Assembly (NCBI RefSeq): GCF_006345805.1
Contig: NC_043001.1
Coordinates: 79,484,001 to 79,548,000, forward strand
Direction: 5' to 3'
From: Octopus sinensis
Taxonomy: Eukaryota
DNA: 64,000 nt
A program made the position numbers and the translations under genes. Positions 1 through 12,052 of this stretch are shown in pieces. The first letter of the stretch is position 1. Each line of letters begins with the position of its first letter. A model generated the notes under the pieces. It was not told the DNA's origin and searched no databases. It was given only the letters and a program-made list of their open reading frames with translations.

Positions 1-135
1 GAGTATGATGCGGTGACAGGAGTGAAGATCAAACAGGAGACGTCAGTGGGCCTGGAACCCGGCTCCTAGGTAGGCAGGTCCATGTCAACCGACAGCTTTG
101 TTGGGCTCTGGATGGAAGGACCGGTCAATATTGCT
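1..135 (+). mobile_element. Tx1/L1-clade LINE reverse-transcriptase C-terminal fragment, runs off the window start
   Basis: Frame +1 reads EYDAVTGVKIKQETSVGLEPGS*VGRSMSTDSFVGLWMEGPV, resembling the Tx1-type YxxxSGAKINxxKSxGLxLGxW...W post-RT segment; contains stops. Confidence 0.55.
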
Positions 136-204
136 AGTTGAGTACCGATGCTTCAGTGTGCGCCAATAACTATTCGTATCACGTCTACTCTCCTCACTGA
201 CTAC

Positions 205-335
205 AGCCTTCGTATTACCCCAGAAGCTATAGTAGAAGACACTTGCCCAAGCGAGATAACACTCTGTGGGACTGAATCCAGAAGCGCGTGGTTTGGAAGC
301 AAGCGTCTTACCACTGAGCCATGCTATGATAAAGT
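205..335 (-). mobile_element. tRNA-derived SINE, 5' head only (dominant family)
   Basis: Reverse complement begins gcatggctcagtggtaag (A box) ... ggattcagtccc (B box) ... cttgggcaagtgtcttctactatagc, as in the other copies in the window. Confidence 0.8.
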
Positions 336-465
336 TAATCATAGTTGTTTATTATTCTTCTGCTTTCTCTTTAATCATGTTGCCACTAGGATATGCTATG
401 ACGATTATCATGCATTTTCTTTCTTTTTATTCACAACAATGTCCGGTTTCCGATGTCTAGTCAGG
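336..465 (-). mobile_element. R4/Dong-like RLE LINE endonuclease fragment (duplicate of 1651-1805)
   Basis: Minus translation TRHRKPDIVVNKKK/KCMIIVIAYPSGNMIKEKAEE matches the RPDIV..D..P....K PD-(D/E)xK motif; frameshifted. Confidence 0.65.
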
Positions 466-492
466 TGATCCCATTGAATCATTGTATCCCAT

Positions 493-504
493 AAGATTAT
501 TATT

Positions 505-536
<32 letters not shown>

Positions 537-557
537 CCTCCTCCTCATCATCATCAC

Positions 558-590
<33 letters not shown>

Positions 591-592
591 CA
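493..592. repeat. (ATT)n/(ATC)n compound microsatellite
   Basis: Seen directly. Confidence 0.95.
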
Positions 593-686
593 GGATTATT
601 ACGTCATATGTAAATAAACACGTTTGTTTTTGAAGCGTTTAGATGTATTGTAGAACAAGTAGAAAGATATATTTACGCGTTGAAAA

Positions 687-728
<42 letters not shown>

Positions 729-1257
729 GTGAAATAAACAGCTCGTATCTTCTTCAGTTTTATGTGGATCGTAAACGTTGCATCAAGGAAGACTGATTTA
801 AAACAATGTTACTGAATAAAACATAATTTTGAAAAAAAATTGATATTAAATTATTACAGTTTGAAGATACGTATTAGTTATGCAAAGACACGTAAAAGAT
901 ATTAACTTCGCTTAGACATTTGTATTTGGTGCAGTCAAAATTTTCACACCAAACAATAAATGTTTTGGGGAAGTTAACATACTTTGTGTGATTTGGAATG
1001 GCTATTGTGTGTTTCCCACGCTATAATTGTTTTACTTTCTACACACGATCTCAGATCAAATCACTTGCTGAGCACGTACATCACCGAAATCCATTAAACA
1101 GTTTTCAGCTAATTTCATTTCCAACATTTGACTATCAGAATTGATGTAATATCCCCACCTAGAAAATGGGATGAACCTACCAATTACCCTATAGTGTTAA
1201 TTTCTGCAAAGGTATATATGGTAATTGGTTGTTGGATAATTCCTCGAGATGCTATCT

Positions 1258-1650
1258 TTTATCTTTTATTTCTTACTTGTTTCAGTCATTTGACTGTGGC
1301 CATGCTGGGGCACCGCCTTGAAGGATTCGACCCTAGCAACTTTTTTAAGCCTAGTACTTATTTTATCGATCGCTTTTATCGATCCGCGAGTTTACGGAGA
1401 CCTAAACAATCCAACACCGGTTGTCAAATGGTGGAGGAAGCCAAACACGGACACAAAGACACATACATACACACACACACATATATATATATATAAACGA
1501 CGGGCTTCGTTCAATTTCTGCCTACCAAATCCACTCACAAGGCTTTGGTCACCCAGAAGCTATAGCAAATGACACTTGCCCAAGCAAAATAACACGCAGT
1601 GGGACTGAATCCGGAAGCGCGCGGTTTGGAAGCAAGCGTCTTACCACAGA
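1258..1650 (-). mobile_element. Full-length tRNA-derived SINE with internal (CA)n(TA)n tract
   Basis: Tail cttttacttgtttcagtcatttgactgtggccatgctggggcaccgcc at left, internal microsatellite ~1460-1495, tRNA-like head at right. Confidence 0.9.
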
Positions 1651-1805
1651 GCCACGCTATGATAAAGTTTATCATAGTTTCTTTATATTTTTCTTCTGCT
1701 TTCTGTTTAATCCTGTTGCCACTTGGATATGCTATGAGGATTATCATGAATTTTCTTTCTTTTTTATTCACCATAACAATGTCCGGTTTCCGACGTCTGG
1801 TCGGA
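1651..1805 (-). mobile_element. R4/Dong-like RLE LINE endonuclease fragment
   Basis: ORF 1535..1837(-) contains PTRRRKPDIVMVNKKERKFMIILIAYPSGNRIKQKAEEKYKE, a restriction-like endonuclease core. Confidence 0.75.
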
Positions 1806-2579
1806 TGGGATGATAAACTTAAAAAATATATCTGCATATCCTCAAGAAGATTTTGTCACGTCTAATGATCATTCATATTTACAGTACATTCCTTGACGGT
1901 ACACTATATTTCTAGCAGGATAAATTTAATCATACATGTATACCGATTAAATCACAACGGTCACCTTCTCGGCTGATCCCTGTTTCAAATACACGGGATC
2001 GTAAAGTACTTGTACAATATATTATTTAGAGCCCTTCATAAATTACAGCTTATAATACTTCGAAGACTTCGGAATAGAGAAGATATTTCAGGTTTCATCG
2101 GGGAATATAGATCCATATTACTGCAACACAATTTGGCCCAAAAGCAGGCCAAACGACATTGCTATTTATTGAAGGCAAAGGATTTCATATAAAATATTAA
2201 GTAGGATAACAATGATATTTAGTTTGTAAACAGATCTCCAGTTATTCGTTTATTATAAAATTATTGTAATAAAGAAAGTATTTACATTAAATAAAGTATT
2301 TATATTTAATAAAGAAAGCATTTTAAAACCATTGTTTTCATCAACATTATTTATTACGATTTATAACTTTATTTTTGCCAGTATATTCAGACTGCATTTA
2401 AATAGATGAAAAATCCGAAAACTGACTGATCAAATTACAGAAAATAATTGCCTATTTGTTTTATGATTATCTTTAAGGCTCACTACTTCAAAGCTTTTGT
2501 GTATACTTCACAAAAATGAGTAATATTTGTAAAATGAATACAAATAATAGAAAACCAACTGGATATTTCCCCTAGAGAA

Positions 2580-3015
<436 letters not shown>

Positions 3016-4029
3016 ATCACAATAAACTCTGTATTATTTAATCAGTTCATTTAATCGATTCTACAAAGTCCATTAATTCTTTAAATTATATCATCGTTTT
3101 CAAATTTGAAAATAATGTAAATCCCATTGATGTTATGTTTATACAAAAGATCTAACAAAAGAATGTAGGCAGTACCCTCACCATGTGCAAATAGTAAGTC
3201 TTGGAATGTTGGTGGCTTTTACTGCGCTTTCTATAGATATCTATTTTTCGTACTTTGATTTCACATATTCTCTGTTTTCTCAAACACTCTAAGTCGGCCT
3301 CCACATTTTTCTTACAGCATTGAATCACAAAGTCAGACAAAAGAAAGACGAGGAGGTAAAAAAAAATGGTAAATTAACGTAAGTCCTTCTTCACGTGCAT
3401 TTTATCTTCTAACTCGAAATATATGAAAGTCGAATCTGATCAAGACGGAATTTGGACTTCTAGAGTCGAGCCAATATTAATACTGTAATGCTTTGCTAAC
3501 CTGCATTTCAACAATTGCACAATACCCCAGCTGTTCAATCCTGTATTACTAAAACAGTTTTCAATAGACGAAAGATAACAGAATATTTAGTGCTGTATTA
3601 GTAACGATTCTATAGGGTCTGAGTTCAAATTTCTACTTCATCTTTCGCTGGTTGCTCAATTACTAGTATAGGTGTAATATTTGGTGAAATTTTAGTTACG
3701 TTGCCCAGGTTAATGCGATGAGCCATCAAGATGTTGTGTAAAAATATCAAATATTAATATATTAGATAATAGAAACTACAGGTAGGGAAAATGATTCTCC
3801 GTCTAAATAACCGTAAGAAAATTCCATAAGAAAATATAGCATCAGAGATGTCGTGGAAAATCCTTAGCAACATTTCTTCCGCTTCATTACCTTCGAAGTC
3901 CAAAGTCCACGCCGAGAACGTCTTCGCCTTTCGTCTTTTCAGGGTTGATAGAATGAATAGCAGCCATGTACTTCGGGCAAAGTTTCAGGTCTGGTACGGT
4001 TTTTTTTTTTTTGAAAGAACTGTTATTAT

Positions 4030-4265
4030 AATTTGGGTTTGGCCCAGTTTCGGTCTTACTCTGGGAGGATTCATGTGGGCAGTAGATTACTACCAGTAAC
4101 CTTAGGTATCCACAAGTTTTCAGTAGTCTTCCAAGTGCTTAGAAGCCTCCTTATAATCCATGCTGTCCCTAAGAGATAAACTTTCTGTAGCAGCCCTACT
4201 AGTCATTCTATTCCAATCTCCTTCAGCCATTTGTCTATAAATATGCTTACTGTTTCCAACGCACT
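4030..4265 (-). mobile_element. R4/Dong-like LINE ORF C-terminus and 3' UTR
   Basis: Minus frame ALETVSIFIDKWLKEIGIE*LVGLLQKVYLLGTAWIIRRLLST matches the R4 C-terminal GALG...LLQK..LLGTA.I.R.VL motif. Confidence 0.7.
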
Positions 4266-4269
4266 AATT

Positions 4270-4383
4270 ATTACAGGCACGACCTTTACTGTTCATATCA
4301 AACGGGTAGCCATGATGGGTGTATTGGGTTTCGTATATTTGTAACCCGGTGTCATTTTGATAGCATGCGCTGCTCTCTCGCTC

Positions 4384-4435
<52 letters not shown>
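4270..4435 (+). mobile_element. 3' end of a non-coding (AAT)n-tailed retroposon (5'-truncated copy)
   Basis: cgggtagccatgatggg...gctgctctctcgctc(aat)n, homologous to 4912-5012 and to the reverse complement of 15335-15460. Confidence 0.75.
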
Positions 4436-4437
<2 letters not shown>

Positions 4438-4438
<1 letters not shown>

Positions 4439-4984
4439 GCCCTGATGCAGTACCAGGCAGTGGCTCTCATGGCTTCTGATCTTAACTGACTGCAAGTGTT
4501 ATCATATACATTGTTTTGTCTTGGTATAAAAGATGGGCTACAGCAAATATTCTGCTCAATACCACAGATTTGCTTGTCAGTTGTTTGACCTTAACCAGTT
4601 GAGCATGTCCCTTAGTGGCTGACGATATGTGCATCTCTGATCACGAGCAGAAGTAGTTGGGGAGCATCATAGCCATGTGTTGAGAGGGATTCTTTGGGGT
4701 TTGAATAATTCACCTTTGGAAACAGGGGTGTTTCGTTCAACATCCTTAAACAACCCTTATTCAGAGACCTTTTGAGCGGGATGGGCTACTCGACCAGAAC
4801 AAAATTCTAACTGGGCCCCACCTGCAAGGTCATGTGCTGTTTATCTTGATATGAGATCACCATGTCGCGCACATATGGTTGTGATGCATGTGCCTGGTGT
4901 ACCCTTATCAGACGGGTAGTAATGATGGGTATATTTTACCCCAGTGTCACTTTGATGGCATGCACTGCTCTCTCACTCAATAAC

Positions 4985-5012
<28 letters not shown>
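4438..5012 (+). mobile_element. Non-coding (AAT)n-tailed retroposon, ~550 bp, longest copy
   Basis: High similarity to 15378-15878 (opposite strand) and 44035-44200; flanked by (AAT)n on both sides; no ORF. Confidence 0.85.
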
Positions 5013-5016
<4 letters not shown>

Positions 5017-5184
5017 TGATTATGATGATGATGATGTTGATAAATTTGGTAGGGTAAACTGATTTTGAAGGGAGGAGCAATCGATTACGAGACGCGTTCA
5101 AAAAGTATCCAGCCTTTGATCTCACTCTTTCTCTCTTTTACTTGTTTCAGTCTGTGTCAACGTCCATCTGTAAACTTAAATCAA

Positions 5185-5515
5185 TGTTCTTCAATTGGGC
5201 TCTATATGGACCCGGAAGGTCCATATAACATTTTTAGGAGTGCATGTAATATTTTAAGGGCTCCTGAAAAAAATGTTGCTTTAAATATATGTATAGGTGC
5301 GTATAGCAAGAAACGGCTCGGTTTCTTTCTCTAACATTTTACGTAGTTCAGCCTACACACGTTAATGTATGAAAAACAAAATAGAAATTTTGAAAGAACT
5401 TTCTATAAAACTAGTTTTTAAACACGGAATTATTGAGGGCGTGAGGTGGGGGGGGGGCAGCGGAACAAAATAGTAATCAAAGGGGTCCATAGATAACAAT
5501 GTTTGAGAACTCCTA
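5185..5515. mobile_element. Degenerate hAT-like MITE
   Basis: Ends gttcttcaattggg...ggaccc and ggggtccatagataacaatgtttgagaactcctag resemble CAGGGGTTCTCAA-type TIRs; TSD not recognisable. Confidence 0.35.
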
Positions 5516-5701
5516 GTTTAAGGCTAGTTGTGCGTTTGTTGTTCCTAGTGGGTCTGGATTATATATTTCAGTATGAGTCGTTTCAATTCTCATTTTAATT
5601 CTTTACCCTTCTTTTATACTTTCTTTCTACAGTATATATGTATTTAGTACTCTGATGCTTTTTTGAGAAATCAGCAAAGAAATGTGAGAGGAATACATCT
5701 G

Positions 5702-5878
5702 TAATTATTATCTTTTCTACTCTAGGCACAAGGCCCGACATTTTGGGGGAGGGAGCTAGTCGATTAGATCGACACCAGTACACAACTGGTACTTAATTTA
5801 TTGACACCGAAAGTATGAAAGGCAAAGTCGACCTCGGCGGAATTTGAACTCAGAATACAGTGACGGGTGAAATACTTA
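5702..5878 (-). mobile_element. SINE with CORE-like central domain (OR2-like), 5'-truncated
   Basis: Reverse complement has ttctgagttcaaattccgccgaggtcgactttgcctttcat...aaattaagtaccag and ends in gtgcctagagtagaaaag plus a short (AAT) tail. Confidence 0.85.
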
Positions 5879-6108
5879 TTTCTTTACTTCCCCACAAGGG
5901 GCTAAACACAGAGAGGACAAACAAGGACAGACAATCGGATTAAGTCGATTATATCGACCCCAGTGCGTAACTGGTACTTATCTAATCGACCCCGAAAGGA
6001 TGAAAGGCAAAGTCGATGTCGTCGGAATTTGAACTCAGAACGTAACGGCAGACTCAATACCGCTAAGCATTTCGACCGGCGTACTAATGATTCAGCCAGC
6101 TAGCCGTC
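5879..6108 (-). mobile_element. Second OR2-like SINE in tandem
   Basis: Head cggctagctggctgaatcattagtacgccggtcgaaatgcttagcgg; same central domain. Confidence 0.85.
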
Positions 6109-7384
6109 ATGTCTGTAATTTTTATATTGTGCGAACCATCTTACTTTCATTATATATATTTTTTTTATATCTAGGTCTTTAACTATGATGTCATGAATTT
6201 TGGGGATAAGTATTTAACTTAAATCTCCCTATTATTTAATACACCACCGCAAAATGATCAGTTTCTTTTTCCATACAATTCCCCTATTATCTATATACCG
6301 ATGGGCCTAGAGGTACAGAAATTAGGTTGGGAGTGATGCAGGCTAACTAGATTCCCTGAATAGGTCTTTTATCTAGCTTTTATATTTACATTTTCCACTT
6401 AAACGCATCCAAACTGTAGCTCACTAACCGAACTGCTAGTTTGTTAATTACGTTAGTCTTATGTTATGTTATATTGCTATTTATTTACTTTTTCTTTCTA
6501 GCTGTGCCTCTCCTTTGAGTATCATAATAGCCCCTTGTATATAAACTTTGCAGATTAATTTTGTTTTTATTTTCTTTTTTCCTCTCTTCCTATTTTACTT
6601 ACCCCCTCACCCAAACATCTCTTCCTAATCCAATTAATGCCTGGCTGATTTCATTTCCAGTGTTTACCGAGTTGGTCAACTGACATTATTTAAATGGACA
6701 ACTCGTCACATTTGCCAAGCACCAAAAACCATACCGAAATCACTGCAATAAATTTTTACAGCCCTGTGTATGAGATTTATCATAAACCTTGACGTTATTC
6801 ATCACAGCCCCCTGCAATCTTCTAGTCACAACCGCTATAGTTTAACTTTACATTTAATGGAACGAGAACCACACAAACGATATGAGAGAAGCGAATCTCC
6901 TTGGAAAAGTCTTAATTTTAAATGAAATGTGTTAAACTATAGGACAGCTTTTTTGTGAATTATTACCACATTTGGGGGGGGGGTTCAATTTTGGCAAGAC
7001 ATTTTTCATACATCCCCGATGACAGTGTGATTCACGAACGCAGTCATATGTATTGTTTTAAATAGTTATATCAGCAGTATTTAACATCCTGTGTTTCTAA
7101 CAGCGCTCTTAAAATATTATCTTCGTTATCAGTAGCAAGTGCTTACAGTCATATGAGCCCTTTATGCAATTTTCTTGTTCTTCAGATGAAAGATTGTTTC
7201 TGTCGACATTTTGACGTATCTGTTCACTTATTTAAAACAGGATCTTGTAGGAGTTAAAGCAAGTGCCTGACCCGTGGTTTTTCACGTATCCGCTTACTTA
7301 TTTTTAATAACAGGATAGATTTCGCTTCATTGATTTACTTTAAAAGCACCCATTGATTTTAAATTTTGGCACAAATCTACCACT

Positions 7385-7562
7385 ATCGGCGGGAGGGAGT
7401 AAGTTGATTACATTGACCCAAGTGCTCAACTGATACATACTTTATCGAGCCCGAAATGCAAAGCCAACCTCGGCAGTATTTGAAGTTAGAACGCAAAGAC
7501 GGACGAAAAGCCGCTAAGCATCTTACTCGGAGTGTTAACGATTTTGCCAGCTCTTCGCCTAC
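7385..7562 (-). mobile_element. OR2-like SINE
   Basis: gccgctaagcat...gttaacgattttgccagctc head and aaagccaacctcggcagtatttgaa central motif (plus-strand view). Confidence 0.8.
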
Positions 7563-8384
7563 TTGGAATGCACATGTTATCATATGAAACAATCTGATCA
7601 TATATAAGTTTAAAATATGGTATTTTATACAGGCATGTAGAACTTTGTCTTCTCCAGATAACTCCCACTTGCCTTTTCCTGTAATAGCTTCCGTAATAAT
7701 ATCCACCATAATATCTTCCCATTCCCGTGGAGTCAAACAATAAAATTTTTTTCTTCTATTCAAGGAGTTATCTGATGTCAATTTCTTACTTGCAATACCT
7801 TGCTCCAAAAATTATTTATCTTTTTATCACTTGGTGGAATTCCTTAATTTTATTATTTTTCCATTTCATTCCATTCGAAATGGCTTCATTTATCTTCTCC
7901 ACACATTCTAGTTTAATTTTTAAACTATTTTATTCGTTTCTCAAACTTCTGTACTATCCGCGCTTTAGATTACACCTCTTAAATAAATATATCTTTAATT
8001 ATTTCAAAATTCACCTCGTAAGATATTATAAGTCATTTGACTATTTAATTGCTTCTGAATTTCTTTATTCGTGCGATATGGCAAATCAGTTCTCTAATTT
8101 TAATTAAAGGTATTTAATTTAGAAGTGAGACAGTTTTATAGCCTTCAATTATTTTGTTCTCATTCATATACATCAAACACGTTATATTTTGTCTTGTCAT
8201 TTTAGTGGGCGGCACATAGTGAGAAAGTGCCTGATTATGCCATTTCGTCTGGCTGAGATTCTCAGCCGTATTATTTCCGTGTTTATTTTCTAATTCTAAT
8301 TATCGTAGAAATTATTCACCTCGCATAACACTTTAGCATATCACATATCAACAAGTCTACAATATATATATTATAGGCGCAGGC

Positions 8385-8600
8385 ATGGCTGTGTATGTGT
8401 GGCGGAGTGTCTTTGTGTTTGTCCGTAACTGGTATTGGCTTTTCTAGTTCCCCGTAACTTGGTGGACAGACGAAAGAGACCGATAGATTACAAACCAGAT
8501 TTAATTAATAAATACTGAGGTTGACTTTTTCGACTAAACCCTTAGTGCCCCAACATGACTACAGCCCAATGTCCAAAACAAATAAAAGATAAAAGATATA
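8385..8600 (+). mobile_element. Degenerate, internally deleted dominant-family SINE
   Basis: gcgcaggcatggctgtg head; gagaccgatag...gtgccccaacatgactacagcccaatg...aaaagataaaaga tail. Confidence 0.55.
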
Positions 8601-9029
8601 TTACTTTAACTCATACACATAGGATATTGGAAATTTCAACACCTTTAGAAGCCAACAGATTTTCTGGGACTCAGTAACTGAATCATCATGGTTGCTAGCC
8701 AGTAGGGAATGTGGAAAAAAATTAGCAGCATGCAATGAAATTAATATTAAAATTAATACCAGTGCTGGGAATTGTATCAAGGTGCAATTGTTGTCACAAC
8801 AGCAATTGTTATTAATGTTTATATAAACAAATATTTCATTTGGTTAAAAACAAAAGAGCAAACTAACATTAATCTATCGCTTGTGGTGTGTTTTAGACAA
8901 AAACAACTACTGAGATCATAAGCAATGTGTTTGAAAACTAAATTTTTTATTGATTCGGAAAAACAATTTTATTTCTTTTTATCATGACAAATTTCCTTCA
9001 TCATTTTCTTTTCATTTTGTTATTCTTCC

Positions 9030-9320
9030 GACCTTATTATTACTATTCGATTTGACTGAGGTTTTTTCTTATTCCTATGTGAGTATCAGGTCATATGGGT
9101 AGTGGGTCATGTGGGTTGCGGGTTAATACCTGCACCCTTAGATATCCACAAGCTTTCAATAATATTGCAAGTGCTCAAAACATTTCTAATAATCTTTCCT
9201 GTCCCTAAGAGGCAAAGTTTCTCTAGAAGCATAATCTTTAGCTATTTGGTCAGACGGTGTCTATTGCCAATAATTCTTTCTACTAAATGTAGATGGTTTG
9301 AAATTTTGGAAGCGGCATAG
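9030..9320 (-). mobile_element. R4/Dong-like LINE 3' end
   Basis: Minus frame LGTGKIIRNVLST; 3' UTR similar to 4050-4130; (ATT) tail remnant at ~9033. Confidence 0.65.
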
Positions 9321-9487
9321 TGGATTACATCGTCCCCAGTACATGACTGATAATTATTTTATCGAATCTGAAAAGATATAAAGTGAAGTCATCCCGGCCA
9401 AAGTTTGAATTAGAACGTAAAACCGGACGAAATGCCGCTAAGCATTTTGTCCGGCGTGCTTGCGATTCTGTCAGCTTGCCGCCTTGC
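9321..9487 (-). mobile_element. OR2-like SINE
   Basis: gccgctaagcattttgtccggcgtgcttgcgattctgtcagcttgccgcc is the reversed head. Confidence 0.75.
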
Positions 9488-10499
9488 CCATTTTCACTAA
9501 CTATTGGTAGAATAGGTACGATGAAAAATAAAACATTATGAAAATAATAAAAGACATAACAAAGTAGTTAATGGAATCTAAAATGTAAAATAAATTGTCA
9601 ACAGAAAATTGTATTTCCTATTTTTACAACGAGTATTGGATACAATAGACTTTCAATTCAGGCATTCAAACTACTTTTTATACATACTAATATTCAAACT
9701 ATATTTTGTACACATTGATATACAAACTATATTCTACACACATATACGACAATATTATGCGCATACTGATACACTAAGTCTATTCTACTACATATTGAGA
9801 TATAATGTGTTTTTTTTAAATTTGGTCTTTATTTAGAAAGAAAAGAAGACCATATATTTTTTAGCGATTTAAAAATCTTTTTCATGATCGTTGTCCAATA
9901 TAACAATGACAGATAAGAAAAATGGAGCCCAATGCAGAATATAAACTAGAATATTTTTCGATGTACGTGAAATCGGGAAATTTTTTCATAAAGCCTTCAA
10001 AATTTTTGTTAATAAGGAATATGATTCAAGATAATGGCATTGATTTTTATGTTGTGAATAGATCACGAGTAAGTTATTGAACAGTTGAATAGTACGCATT
10101 TCTTTTCTTTCTTGGTTCTTTTAAAAATTCACATCAACGTAATCGTAATCTAAACGTGCGAGGGAAACTATTTTACTTCATAATTTCATTAAAAAAGACG
10201 TTAGATAATTAAGAAAGTTTAAAAGAAAACGAAATAAACGGGGCACTAAACTATAGTTATGGTTCTCTTTTTCCCACTCAGCCCAACTCTCCCTATAACT
10301 ATGTATGAGATGTAAAGTAGATAAAAATATATTTATTCTTCACATCCTCCTTTTACTGGTCAATTTTAGGTTTCTCAATTTAATTTCACACCACATTACT
10401 CTACCTTCGCCTTGATATTACAACCATCTCATACTGTCACTCTCCCACTCTTGCAATACATCTTCAAAAGTCCGACTTCAATCTCATTAGCATATCTTT

Positions 10500-10689
10500 T
10501 ATCTAAAACTTGTTTCGGTCACTGGACTGCAGCCATGCTAGAGCACTGTCTTTGAGTCAAACAAATCGACCCGACTATTTATTTAAGTCTGGTACATATT
10601 CTGTTTTTTTTTTGTTTGACCGAATTACGAAGCGATGGACACATAAAAATCCAACTGCTGTTGTGAAGTACCCGTGAACAAAAACAAAT

Positions 10690-10710
<21 letters not shown>
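10500..10710 (-). mobile_element. Dominant-family SINE, 3' half
   Basis: cttgtttcggtcactggactgcagccatgctagagcactg tail, followed by (CA)n. Confidence 0.7.
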
Positions 10711-10731
<21 letters not shown>

Positions 10732-10739
10732 CTCTCTCA

Positions 10740-10771
<32 letters not shown>

Positions 10772-11181
10772 AACACACACACATATAACTTATATAATAA
10801 ACATATAAACAAGATAAATTTAGAGATTTCTCCGTAGATTTAAAGGAATAATGGACAAAATTAATCCTTACTCGAAACTTATTAGGTTCACATCAGAGAT
10901 GTGATCAATCTCCGAGAAATAAGCAGCCAGTCTGCTTAAATACACATCAACATACAGAGAGTATAGCACTACATAAATAATATAAGTAGGTACATTTTTC
11001 GATTAAATTTCCTATCACAGCACACTGTAAGACAGCATTCTGTATATCTTAACGTGGCTATAGTATCGAAAGCCCTAAAATGGCGGTATTTATCTTGAGA
11101 AAGCTTCTCGTAAAGATGTATAGTACTTAAAAATGACAGAGATATTTCAATAGCAGAAGAAGGCATCCAGCAACAGTGATG

Positions 11182-11235
11182 GGATTGCTAAATGAAGATT
11201 TCTGTATCTCTGCACATCATCAGTAGCAAGTATCC
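11182..11235 (-). ncRNA. Hammerhead-like motif (orphan, non-canonical)
   Basis: GGAUAC-UUGCUA-CUGAUGA-UGUG(cagaga)UACA-GAAA-UcuucA-UU-UAGCAA-UCC; helix II closes with U-A and helix III is only 2 bp. Confidence 0.3.
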
Positions 11236-11831
11236 ACTATCAACTGCACGCTTAGTCTAATTTCGCTTCTAATGATATAGGAAAACAGTGATTGGAGTCG
11301 AAAATAGCTGGTGGGTTGGATAAAAATTCGCTATTACGGAGAGAAGCCACAAAACTGCATTATTTTCTTCAAAAGGCAAAGCTCTCCTATAGTCCTGCAG
11401 TGCAATAAAGTATAGTATTCTGTGGATTACGTCTCCAGCAATACCATTTCAAATGATCTACTGTTCATTTGTTTATAAACCTAAAATTATTGCATTTGTG
11501 TGCATGGTTCTCATACGGGAAATATTTGAAAGGATGCGAGGTTGTCTAGTTTACATCATGCATTAGGTGTGTTCTTAATTATACAGGTTTATAGTAAATT
11601 GTCTATCAAGGAATAGTTTAATACGACAGAAATTTTCGAGGTTATGTTTTAGCTGGTTTAATTAACTGCATGTAAGAGAATGGGTCATGCACTTTTCTTC
11701 AGCATTAGTGCCATAGATTTGCTTGACATGCTTACAAACCACATCCATACATTTCTCCTTAGCAGTTACTCAGTCATTTATATCTGTAGATTGAGTTAAT
11801 TTCAATGTGTAGATGACTCATGTTAAGAGTA

Positions 11832-12052
11832 TACGAGGTGGTGCTGAAATGTTCATGGCCTTAAGTGTATAGCGAGAGGCCTAGTTCGAGGCCCGACATT
11901 CCGAGTTCTTTCACAGGGCTTAGAAAAACTGAAGGACCACTGCAACAAGTGTGCAAATCTCAGAGGGGAATATATTGAGTAAAATCATTATTAACTGGTC
12001 CTCCTGTATTTTCTATTCCTCAAAGCCAGGAACTTTTCACTGCCCCCTCCTA
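11832..12052 (+). mobile_element. Mariner-derived miniature element (TIRs plus transposase C-terminal remnant)
   Basis: TA-cgaggtggtgctgaaatgttcatggcctt ... aaagccaggaacttttcactgccccctcc-TA; internal SQGLEKLKDHCNKCANLRGEYIE*. Confidence 0.8.

Noticed and set aside
2113-2188. Peptide ITATQFGPKAGQTTLLFIEGKGF resembling an IPT/TIG (plexin/MET) motif
   Set aside because: Bounded by in-frame stops, weak acceptor, no donor and no other exons of such a gene; likely chance
3977-3990. 14-nt match to miR-87 (gcaaagtttcaggt)
   Set aside because: The seed end differs and no complementary arm forms a precursor hairpin
7640-7740. Gly/Tyr-rich ORF MGRYYGGYYYGSYYRKR (minus strand), reminiscent of cephalopod structural proteins or a neuropeptide
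   Set aside because: Short degenerate repeat, stop just upstream, no acceptor or signal peptide; the ORF runs into a SINE
9922-10068. 49-codon ATG-initiated frame ending at a gtaagt donor
   Set aside because: No recognisable homology or linked downstream exon; expected occasionally by chance
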